Shown here piece by piece: positions 33,755 to 45,185 of a stretch of 64,000 nucleotides of DNA (its first letter is position 1; every line of letters begins with the position of its first letter). The stretch covers positions 6,324,001-6,388,000 of the forward strand of contig CM102285.1 in the NCBI GenBank assembly GCA_046563655.1. Direction: 5' to 3'. The notes beneath the pieces were generated by a model. It was not told the DNA's origin. It saw nothing but the letters and a program-made list of their open reading frames with translations, and made no database searches. Source of the stretch: Yuukianura sp. NJ FZ-2021. Taxonomy: Eukaryota. The position numbers and the translations under genes are program-made.

Positions 33755-36700
33755 TGGAGATTTCAAAATTCTATTCAAATTCGAAAGAGGCACATAAAAA
33801 TGTTCCTGAGGACAGAAGAGGCAAAAATGACAATTTCAGTGACCTTGACGTGGACAGAGTCTTAGGAGTCTGCTGGGATTCAAATGTCGATGAATTTCAC
33901 TTTCGTAGATTCTCGTCTCAGCCAATTGGAATTCTAACCAAAAAAATCATTTTGTCTAATATTTCTCGTGTTTTTGATCCTCTAGGATTTTTAAGTCCTC
34001 TAACTGTAACTATCAAGATTTATTTTCAGGAATTATGGGAGAATGATTACAGGGGTCAGAAGCTCAAATGAGATGATGAAATCCCAACAGAATTACAACA
34101 GCCGTGGAGAGAGTACATTGACGGTTGAATAAGGTTAAACTAATTAAAATTCCCAGATTCTTAGGATTAGGTGGGGCTAGCCAAGTAGAAGTGCATGGAT
34201 TTTTGATGTCTGAACATGCCTACTGTGCTGCAGTCTACATCAAATGTACTTTCCCAAATGGATCAATTGCTACGAACTTAGCAGCAGCGAAAACGAAAGT
34301 AGCTCCTGCCAAGCAACTCAGTCTCACAAAATTGGAACTGTGTGGAGCACTTCTGCTGCCAAAGCTGATTCCGAAGGTAATGGAACCATTTAATCTAAAA
34401 TGTTTTATTGCAGCTTGGTCAGACAGTGAAACTGTTCAGAAATGGATTCGGAATTCATCTCGTCGTTTCGTCATATTCGTTGCGAACCGAATTGCTGAAA
34501 TACAGGAAGTACTACCAATGGAGTCCTGGAACTTCGTACCAGGAATAGAAAATCCAGCTGATCTTGGCACTAGAGGAATCTGTGCAGAGGATTTAGCAAA
34601 TTCATCATTTTGGTGGAAGGGACCATTATGGTTAAGTGACCAAAATATACCTAATTTTGAGCCAGGGGGCAAGGTGAGTGAGCATTCTGACTTAGAATTA
34701 CGAAAGGTAAAAGTTAATTTGTCAATTATTGAGCTGACTTTTAAGTTGAGGTTTTCAATCATCATGAGGCTTAATCGTGCAGTGGCATATGCCACAAGAT
34801 TTATATTCAATTGTAGGAACAAAAAGTTGGGTCAAAGTCACACTGGAGACTTAACGGTAGCAGAAACTCACTCTGCATTCATGGTTTGTGTCAGATCCGC
34901 CCAATGGGATGACTTTTGGGAAGAAATCACATTACTACAGAAAGGGAAACCAATTGGTAAGAGTAGTTCCATAAGTTCACTAAATCCGTTTCTAGATGAA
35001 GAAAGTGTACTGAGAGTCGGAAGCAGACTACAGAATTCGGAAGCTCCAGATGAGCAGAAACACCAAATAATCATCAGTGGACACCATTATTTGACACAAC
35101 TAATCATCATGGACTACCGTAAGTTTCATCATGCAAATTATCAGCTGCTCTGGTCCAATCTTTTTGAAGATTTTGGATCATTCGGGCCCGAGTGGCCATT
35201 CGGAACATGATTCGGAACTGCCTTCGTTGCAAGAGAATGAAGGCTAAGATCACAGAAAAACTCATGGGTAGCCTGACCAAGACCAGAGTCACTCCTTCGT
35301 CACCATTTAATCACTGTGTAGTTGACTATGCTGGACCGACTAAGCTCCAAAAAATACGGACGTGGGAAACGACAATTCAATGCCTATTTTTGCATCTTCG
35401 TTTGTTTCACCACTAAAGCAGTTCACCTTGAGACGGTGGCTGACTTAACAACGGAGGCTTTTATAGCCACACCAAAATGATTCATTTCCAGGAGGGGTCT
35501 CAGTACTAATATTTATTCAGATTGTGGATCTAATTTTGTTGCTGCTGCTAATGAGCTAAAGGAGTGGCACTCAATTATCTCAAATTCTAAAGTATTTGAT
35601 TTTTCGTCTTTTCAGGGAATTCAGTGGCATCTGAATCCACCTGATGCACCCCACATATGGAGGAATTTCGGAAGCAGGCGTGAAGTCTGCCAAATACCAC
35701 ATTAAGAGGGTCGTGGGAACAACTACATTGACCATGAAGGAGTACTATACACTGCTGAGCTCCGTGGAAGCTGTTCTCAATTCCCGACCAATTTGTGCTA
35801 AGAGCCAGGATCCGAGGACTACGAGGCACTAACTCCAGGCCATTTTCTAATTGGGAAGCCTCTAATGTCAATTCCGGAACTGGATTTACGAGAAATCAAG
35901 GAAAAGCGACTTCCCCGCTGGCAGAGAGTCCAGCAGATGACTCAGTATTTTTGGAAGCGCTGGAGCGCAGAATACGTCAATACACTCCAACAGAGGAACA
36001 ATTGGAAAACCAAAGATGACAATTTGAAAATCGGAGATCTCGTTCCCATAAAAGATGAAGATACTCCGCCTCTGAATTGGAAATTAGCAACGATTTCAGC
36101 TGTATTTCCTGGTGAAGATGGGCTTGTTCGTACTGTGGAGATTACTTGGAAGTCAGCTGAGCTAAATCACAAGGGTGAAATCATCAAACAGATGGAACAT
36201 GTCTACAAACGTCCAACTGTAAGAATCTGCAAATTATTAGACAAAGAGGATTTGTAGGTTTAGGATTTTACTCAATTAATACTTAGTGTAAGCTTTAGGT
36301 TTCAATTTAGGAGTTAAGATTCAATGTAAATTCAATTTTGTCAAATTTAACGTAAGTAGTTAGTTTGGTACTAGATTAAGGCAACTGAGAATTTTTAACA
36401 TTGGCCGTTCGAGTAATTTTTAATTCAAGTCATAGCATGCAAATCAGAAGTGATCGTGATTGTATGTGACCTGTGTTTCCTAGTGAATTGGATGCTGACC
36501 AGGTCAAACAAAGACTGGCCTGACCGCTCCCAGGCGAGGGACTTAGTCCACCCCTCAGGTCGCCGAGGTCAGTTGATGGTTCACTTCCCTACTCTGTCCT
36601 TGTATGTGTGAAGTACAATCACTTTTGATTACATCTTTTTTGTTCACTTGTGCACTTTGTTTTGATTTTTGGATTTGAATCCGTGATTCAAATCGGAGGC

Positions 36701-37250
36701 CAGTGTTGAGAATTACTCAGCATATCCCAAAAGGGAATAGACTTAATTTAATATTAAAATTAAATTGGGTTTAGGATGGAACGGAAGTAGAATTAAGTGT
36801 AACTAACTTAGAAGTTAATGTTAAATCGCATGAGAGGAGATGAGAAGAGAAATTAAGTCTAGATGTAAACAAAGGGTTAAATTAATCCACTTGTGTGGAG
36901 AAAAGTATCAAAGGGAAAGAGTTAGCGTCTACTTTGTATGTGAAAATAGTACTATTGTAGTACTGATTTGCGCACTAGAGCAGGGATAGTATGTGTGTGT
37001 AGTCAACGCTCTCCATAAGGTAGAATCTCTCCCTCGTTGTACTACAAAAAAGTACAAGAAAAGTAGAGAGTCTTCTAGTAGCCTTTGCAGAGGCAGCAAC
37101 GTATACATAGATTCTCACCTGTCACATTTCACTTTTCAGTAACTTCAATCAGTTAATTAGTCATCTAACGTAAGTTTTGAGTTTTCAATTATTAATAAAT
37201 GAGTCAATCAAATATCGATCAGTGTCCAGAGTAAGGCATTCAATCCAACA
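33755..37250 (+). mobile_element. 5'-truncated BEL/Pao retrotransposon (RT end, RNase H, integrase, 3' LTR 36704-37250)
   Basis: RVLGVCWD, VFDPLG, AKTKVAP, KLELCGA, ENPADLGTRG, VDYAGP, KAVHLETV, LNSRP, FWKRWSAEY, WKLATI; multiple frameshifts; TGTT...CCAACA LTR homologous to 59940-60517. Confidence 0.92.
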
Positions 37251-37849
37251 ATCTTCAACCCGCGAGTGATTTTAATACAAACTTACAAGTTGTCAATTTG
37301 CATACTATCACAACTTTGTCCGATATTAGACATTTATGACAAAACTGGATCTTAAATCCTGGTCATTAACGTCTGATCACGGACTTGACTCCCAAGTGTG
37401 TTGCCAAGGGCGGTCAAACCTTGCGGATAGCATAGGTCAAATCGTAGGTTATAAATACAAGTGGAAACTCTGTAGAAGTTAAGTCATTCTTACATAAGCT
37501 TTAGCACTAAGCTCTCTTAAGTTAGTTCTCTCTCTCTTCACTTCATGGGGAAAATAACCCAGTAAAACCAAATCTCCGTTGCTGTCCGCTCCAGAGCAAC
37601 TTAGTTAGTTTTCAAGACGACGCAAAGAGTTGCCGAAAACAACCGAAGTCGTGTGAGGTGAGCAAATGCTCTTTACGTATTTACACTCTCTATTAGGCAG
37701 GTAAGGGGGTCCGGTGGGTCCGGCCCCACCTAATGTTGGTCACAAGTTAGGGGATGCTTTAAGGGCCCGGAAGGGTCAATGGGTTAGGTCACGAGGGGTG
37801 GCGGGTTTTAGACCCGCAGAGGCTAGGAGCTTCAGCGCAGTACAATTTT

Positions 37850-38242
37850 TTTCAGAGAACAATTGAGTAGAAATATAAAGTAGGGACTTTAATGAGCGCT
37901 AGATTATTCACTCCGTTTCAATTCTATAAATTGTTGATGGAACTTCAGTTCGTCCAACTACCGCTGGAGCGGAGCAGGACAAGCGGGAGCAGTGGAACAA
38001 CGAAGCGTTCTCCATGATGCTTCTCGCAATGAATGATGCGGTAGGTGAAGTAGATTCCATATCAAGCTACACCACCGCACATCAGATGTAGGCAAAATTG
38101 TAGTCGATCTACCACGGCGTTAGCGGTGAGTCAAAGTCAGCCTTATGGCTTAAATATCATGACGTGACAGCGGGACCTGATAAATCGGCCCTAAATGCCA
38201 TTATCGAGATCCAAAACTATGCTTCACAATTACGAGCCATAG
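37850..38242 (+). pseudogene. Copia gag fragment related to the env-bearing element
   Basis: IYHGVSGESKSALWLKY...DKSALNAIIEIQNYASQLRAI matches IHQDVSGESKGLLWQKF...DKSALQAMIEIQNLAVQLRSL at ~45530-45660. Confidence 0.75.
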
Positions 38243-38329
38243 ACCGTTTTTATAGTTTTTATAGTATTAACTTTATTTTGTAATAAAAATTAACAAAACC
38301 CAACATCCGCTTTTCCATCCAATTCAATC

Positions 38330-39245
38330 CATGGTGCCGAAAGACGGTTTTTGTAGACGAATCGACAACCACCACTCAACAGAGGATGAAGCATGCGGTA
38401 TTTTGGTAATCGTTAACTAGCGTAACAGTTAACTTATGTGAGTTCAAAAGGGGAAATTGAACTAATGTGTTAATCATTGTGTTAACTTGAAGTGTGTTAT
38501 TGTAACTCGTATACTCCTGCATTCTTGGGTCATGTCATTGTGTATTTGGCAACAGTACCTGTCACCTAAACTGTGTGTGGCTCTTTTGAGCAATTAATCA
38601 AGGTACAAGCTGTTGACCAGAAAGAAAGCCAAGGATTTATCTTTGGTCATGTCAGACCAAGAACAGGAAAGTATGAGTAAGCCCACAGCAGAAGGTCAAG
38701 GTCAGGTCAAAGCGACTGACTTAAAGAAACTGCTAAGTCTGGCATCACCTCCCGTGGAGTATGAGAATTTACAAAGAATGGTAAAAGCCATCAGGGGATT
38801 TAACATTGATCTCGAATATTTTCAGCAGAAAGTTGAGTACTCGACTACTCAGTCCAGGATGACTATGGAACGTAAGAAACTCGAAAGTTTCGAGTCAAAG
38901 CAGAGTGAGTTGCGCAGTGAGGTGTACATGAACTGCGACGACGATAATCAAATTCGCGCGCAGAGCGCGCAATTAAATGTGTGTGACAAATTTATTGATG
39001 CATTCTAAAATTAATTTCTTTTGAGTAACAGGTCAGTGCAGGCTCAATTTCATGAAAAATGAAAGTTAACATGCCGAAGTTGGAACTTTCGACTTTCAGT
39101 GGCAAGTACGAAGACTGGTTGTCCTTCAAAGATCTGATTTTGACTTACATTGTCAATAATCCTGACCTTACTGGAAGCCAGAAGTTGGGGTATCTCCAGC
39201 CTACGCTGATGGGTGAGGCTGAGGAAAATCATTGCTGAACCGCAA
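38330..39245 (+). pseudogene. BEL/Pao 5' fragment: PBS, leader and gag
   Basis: PBS-like TGGTGCCGAAAGACGG at ~38332; ORF 38613-39008; then MPKLELSTFSGKYEDWLSFKDL...QKLGYL (DUF1759-like Pao gag). Confidence 0.8.
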
Positions 39246-39439
39246 TGATATTCCATAGGATTCTTGAATCTATAAATCCAATTCAGTTCAAGAAGTTAAA
39301 CTTCAATTTAGTTTGAACTTTTGAACTAGTAACAATGCCTGTGACAATTTGGTCTTTGTGCAACTACTCCATCGTCGACAATAACGCAGCTTTTGTCCAA
39401 ATTGAGTGGGCTCATGCTTATGGAGGGATATTAGTAGCA

Positions 39440-39700
39440 AAACTAATTAACTTTTTCCCGCCAATAAACGTTTCGCCAATTCCAAAAGTTAACTTTCGCC
39501 AATTAATTTAATTGGCGAAAAGTTAATTTTAATTGGCAAAAAGTTAGTTGGAGAAATTCTAGACGGCGAAAAGTTAATTGGAGAAATTTTAAACGGTAAA
39601 AAGTTAATCGGAAAAATTTTAAACGGCGAAACTTAAATTGAGGTAGCTAGTGGTTCTCCCGTAAGCTTTTTTTCCCATAAGCTTTTTTCTCCCCAATAGA
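39440..39700. repeat. Array of short GGCGAAAAGTTAATT motifs in both orientations, likely DNA-transposon subterminal repeats
   Basis: Repeated AAAAGTTAATT(G/T) units with inverted copies (AATTAACTTTT, AACTTTCGCC). Confidence 0.5.
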
Positions 39701-41815
39701 TTTAACAAAAATACTTAGGGGTGATACCGGGCACTTGAAATATATGGGCACCCAAATTATTTATTATTTATTTTAAACATTATATAAATTAAATTAAACT
39801 AATTTTAAAACTAATTAAAATCTCCAATTATTTTTAATTAACATCTATTACATTTAGTTTTTCATTAATTAACTTCTAATTCAATAATTATTAAATATAA
39901 TATTGCACATGCATGAAGTGGGAATTGTGGGCTGAGAAAAGACTTTTTATTTACCCTTTTGTTTTGAAATCATACAAAGGTGTTATCGCTCGTGTTTGTT
40001 GTTAGCTCTAACTGTTTTACCGAAAACTAAAGAAACATGCAGGCGCCAACAGACTGCTGGAAGTGTGGACAAGAGGTCACATAAGGTCAACCCACACAAC
40101 AATCGTATCGTCATGGAGAGCGGCAGAAAGTATGAGCCTTGTAATGGCTGGTTGTTAACCTCTTAAGCGAAGGTAACGAATTCCGATGCCAGGATCCGTA
40201 GAAGAATTTCAGGTAAGCTAATAAATGTACTTTAATAAGTAAGTGAATAATGTATTTATTTATTGTCGTTAAGTTACGCCACCGGAATTAAATGATGCGT
40301 ACTCTTTAAACAGCACAGATTGCCAGACTGCCGAGGCCTCTGGATTATGCCGTTGTACCGTTCCTTTTTGGATATCCTGTGTTGCACCTGTAACTAGTTT
40401 CACTTTCACTTTTAATGTCAAGGTTAAAAAACTGCCCTTGGCCATTGTCACTTAGTTGCCCTGTAGTTTGTCACTAACAGGAACAAAAGCAAGGCCAAGA
40501 TAATTGAGATGGAAACCACTAGGCCAAACTTATTAATTTAGCACAATTAATTCAACCACAGCCTCTGCCGGTAATGCGGTTTTAGGACAGAACCTACCCG
40601 GAAACCACACTAATCAACAACCCCAATTATGAACTTATGTTAAATACCCAGTAGCCACTGCTTAGAAGTAAGAAAGGACAGAAACAGAGGAAGGAAGGAA
40701 GACTAGTGAAAGAAGCACCTAACGAATTAAGTACTAAAAGTCACCTACGAATAATTCACTGTAAAATAAAGAAATCACCAGCAGCAGAAAGTATGGAAAC
40801 TCACAAACCGGGATCGAACTCATCGCCGGGAAGGGGTCCCAAAGCCCCTTGACCCCTTGGACTAAACAGCGGTTGACCCAAGGGCCCTTCTGGACGGTAT
40901 TGCGTTTTTCAGACGTAACACCCATTTCCTGGAAGGAAGTCATCTCAGCTTTCATGGATGCATCGGATACCACATCTGCTGCAAACAGTTTTCGGATATC
41001 AGCGTCACAACCACGTGCAACGGGGTTAGGTGAGACCCCGGCGGGAACACAATTCAAATTCATGAGATATAGGGAAACTTGTATATAGATAGAGTTAGTC
41101 TCAATAAACACCTCGACTAGAGATCATCTCTTCTCGTTAGCTTCCTTCCAGTTGTTCATTTGTTAGGCAAGGATAGCATACAGAGTCGCAGGTCAAAGGT
41201 GAAAAACATCAATCTTCGCCTCATGTGGAGCCATTGGACCGGACATTGCAATTTGGAAATCATCGCAGTCAGAAAAAAGTAAGAAAAATGAGAACCGTCA
41301 AACATCAACCGACACTTTGCAACCATCTACCATCAGATTCAGATTCGGATTATCTTGATTAACACGGACAGTGTCCTAAAGGTCATACATAAAACATCGT
41401 TATTAGATTGCTTCTCCTCTACCCGCTTGAAAGTCCGTCTATCTTGTTTTCAAGGACAGAGTTCTAAATTTGTAAATTTTTAAAACTTAAAGTCTATAAA
41501 AAGGCAGAAAAAGTAACAAATAACGATTGAGACTCACTTAACGATTAAAAGAGCAACGTCTGAAACATAAAATCATAAAAAATTTAAAGAAAAATTATCA
41601 TTTTTGGATTATTTCTGTAAGGTGAACTACGAAAAGTAGGCTTTTTCGTCAAGGCGCCATTTTCTCAAAAAGATCGCTTTTCTTGTCTTTGCTCATTTAC
41701 ATAAAAGGAGACGCCGGCAAGACAAAGACACTACCGTATTCCGATTCAGGAATTGACAAATTGACAATACAAAACACAAATTTCCGATTCTGGAAAAACA
41801 CATACAGTTTAAACA

Positions 41816-42240
41816 TCAGCTGACGTAAATACAAAAATAGTGTGATGCATTAGATTTTTTGTCCCTCAGAAGCAGTAAATTTGCAGTTTGTGAGCTGGAG
41901 TAATTTTTTTGTGAAATCCGTACTGGCAAGATGCCATCGAAACTATTGTGCTCAAAAACATTCACTGCAACATCATTGTTGTCTTCAAATTTGCAAATCT
42001 GATTTAATGAAACTGGGTACTCAACGCATCCAAAGTCATGAAGGTGTTCGAATTGCTGATAAACTGCAGCACGGTATGTCTCTTTAGAAGGACGATACAG
42101 TGAACTGAGAATAGCCCATTTGAAAAAGAGATTACCCCTGGTCTTAATATTCACCGTGGCTTTTTTGTACTCCAAGTCTTTCGGAAGCTTCTTCCAGCTA
42201 CCTCCAGTGAATGGTTTAAATTTTCCGACTCGGATGTCGC
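41816..42240 (-). pseudogene. Second Polinton-type pPolB fragment
   Basis: GGSWKKLPKDLEYKKATVNIK...FKWAILSSLY...YPVSLNQICKFEDNNDVAVNVF...NLLLL...HYFCI, homologous to 26946-27995. Confidence 0.8.
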
Positions 42241-42469
42241 AGGAAAAGAATTGTGTGAAGATCCTGCTAGTTTAGAGGTTGCAAAATCAAATCCGCTACA
42301 ACGTAGTCAACAATTTCATGAAGCAGTGAAAGATGCAATGCGCAAGAAATCTGCTACCGAAGTTGAGGTAATTTTTTTTTTCTTAAGTTTTTCTAAAGTT
42401 TTTTAGGGGTTTAAAGGGGGCTAAATCATGGAGCAATTTTAGAACAAATACAAACCCAATTTTTTAGAC

Positions 42470-43233
42470 GATTTTTGGCCTTGGGGTTCAGAGTTGCTGG
42501 CTATTTAATTAGACTTGAAACAGCATCAAGACACTTATCGAAATCTATACTCAAACAAGCGATCTCTTTTTGCATCAAACTACTGCTCATGCCGGAAGAG
42601 AGAATTCCCAGAAAATGCTACAATGAACTCTGCAGAATGAACTCTACTAACCCTTCACACAGGCATAATTGGGTATCACAACTACATTCAACACTAAGAG
42701 AAAATGACCTTGGCGACCTATGTCAAATCACCGACCCTAAGATTCTCATAAACAAATTCCAATCAATTCAAGAAACGCTGAACAAGCAATCGGTAGAAGA
42801 AGATTTTCGAAGCGTCGAGATGTCAGCGAGGAACAATTTTTATTCCCACAGAAGAGAAGAGTAAATGCAGATCCCCCCATTCTACCTAACCAGCCCCCTT
42901 CCACTGAATGACAAGAGACTAATTGCTGCAGTACGCTTGCAAAGCGAATTCCTAAGAATCAATCGAAAATCCATTCAAATTAATTTGGAAGGAGAATGCA
43001 AGTACTGTAACTTACATGCCACCGACTCAATCTTTCACTTACTGTGTGAATGTCCACACACTTTCAGCTCATATCTCCGCAGAAAAATCGTAAACGAAAA
43101 CAGTCCACTCCAGCTCCTTCAACTACTAGGAACGAAATCGACGGAATCAGAATTAAGAACTGCTGCTGTACAAATTGGATCTTCAATCATCAGAAGACAG
43201 GTACTCCAGACGCACCAATCAGACGTTGACTAA
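42470..43233 (+). mobile_element. 3' fragment of a non-LTR retrotransposon ORF2
   Basis: YLIRLET, MPEERIPRKCY, NWVSQL and C-terminal CKYC...DSIFHLLCECP zinc motif; one in-frame stop. Confidence 0.75.
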
Positions 43234-43392
43234 GTACATTTCTTGACAAGACTCTGACTCTTACGTTAGTTAACACCCATTGAAACTTGGTCTTCCACTC
43301 TAATTTAATCTTATGTTTTACGTCTCTAGATACATTAGATTTTAACATAATTTAATCAATACTAATACCTTAAATTTTAAACCCTAGGTACG

Positions 43393-43782
43393 ATGCAGCT
43401 TTCTGCGGCTCTCTTCCTCACCACCCTCTGTGGCTCCTTCGCTGCACCAAGCGGTCTGGCAAAGGTGGGCGTTCCTATATTGTCAAATATTCTTGCCTCG
43501 TTCCTCGGACGTATTCGAGCAAATTATGGGAATGGCAACGAGTTCGCAATGAAAAACGGATTCTCTTACAATGATGTCTACAGCAATAACCTAATGATGT
43601 CCACTATCAACGCCGCCACAAACCAAAAGCAAATGGAGGAAGAAGCGAAACAAACGGAGTTGATGGAGACCGAAATCCATGAGGATAAACAACAATTCTA
43701 TATTCTCGTGGGGTTATTAATATTTCTGCTAGTTTGCGTCGCTTCCGGCACGCTTATTGCAAAAAAAATAGCAGGGACATAA
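43393..43782 (+). CDS. Small type I membrane protein (129 aa), function unknown
   Basis: ATG start, signal-like MQLSAALFLTTLCGSFA, TM FYILVGLLIFLLVCVASGTLIA followed by KK; intact. Confidence 0.55.
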   Translation: MQLSAALFLTTLCGSFAAPSGLAKVGVPILSNILASFLGRIRANYGNGNEFAMKNGFSYNDVYSNNLMMSTINAATNQKQMEEEAKQTELMETEIHEDKQQFYILVGLLIFLLVCVASGTLIAKKIAGT

Positions 43783-45185
43783 AAGAACTTAGTAGTAAAA
43801 CAGCGACTGAAGAATATGAAAGAGGTTTGGCATTTAAATCTTTGAGGGACCGTAGAGGGGGTGAGGAATAGTGCCGTGAATTAATTTAATTTTAGGAAAA
43901 TCACTTTTGATCACTCTTGTGTTTTACAATTAAACTTGCTTTGTTAAATATAAATACTAATACTAATACTACATTCAATCCGACAATCAGTACACCTATT
44001 GTATATTGATATTAACCTAACAAAAATTTAAATTAGCATAGAATAGTGAACCGACCATGTACTACTAATATTTAATTTTCTTTGAGCTCCATGGGCTGTG
44101 GGCCCGCAGGGAGCAATAAATCAAGCAATACCAATACCAATACTAACGAACGGATGACAATAAACCAAAAGTGTGCAAGCAACTTTTTTTGCAAGTTGAA
44201 GTTATATCCTTTGGTTCAGAGAACCGAAAAGGCGTCGTGTCAGTTTGACACAAAGACAATCAGACTTGGATGGCAAATTGACAGACTGCATTTTTTGCCA
44301 TCAAGTCATAAATACCTGGGGCAACTTGAGATTTCCGGCAGGCAGTAGTGGCTTACAGCCCTCATCAAATTTTCTCATTGAAGTATTTAAATGAATTGTG
44401 ATGTCTTGATGTACTTTGAATTGTCAAGTCTTCTTCTTCGACAAAAACGAAATCATCAAGCATTTGCAAGTTGAATTTAAACAACTTTCTTGCAAATAGT
44501 TATGTACTTTCGCTATCATTGGTAATAATGTATCCTTTGAACTCGTTTCCTACAATCCGAACAAATTTTCTTGCGATTATAATAGGGTTAACCTCTGAAG
44601 CCTCTATTTTTGCAAAATACTGTCACTTTCATTTTGAATAATGAGAAGAATCATGTTAAAAATATGGTTAGCATAATTTAAATCATACAAACAAGAATAT
44701 GCGTCACATTAGGAATTTAGAATTAGGACGTCTACCTCTACTCACGTAAATGTAAATAAGGTCAAATGAGCAAACAGGATTTGGTAAACTAATTTTAAGT
44801 AGGTAATTAAGTCACCTCATTTAGTTTACAATAACATAATAGACAAGGACAAGGAAGGTCATAGTTGACGTAGGTTCCAGGATATAACGTAAGAAATAGT
44901 TTTTATCAAGGACACTAGGTCAAGTGACTAATGTCAAATTTCAAGTTAGTGTAACCATATAAATACCAATCACCTAGATAGGAAAAAGTGTCAGTGGTGC
45001 TTCGTGGTTAAAACTCCAAGTTTATTGTTATAACAAAACCTCAAAAATCCAAACGCTGCGATTTACGACTGAGTTTATTATAAACTTTCAACACGTTATC
45101 AGCATGATCTACACGATCTACGCGATCTTCACGATCTACCAAAAAGGGTCCGTTCTAGAAGAATTCAGCCAGCTTAGAAGACGCC

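Noticed and set aside
40000..41700. Possible decayed LINE ORF1 on the minus strand
   Set aside because: No motif I can recognise; ORFs short and broken.
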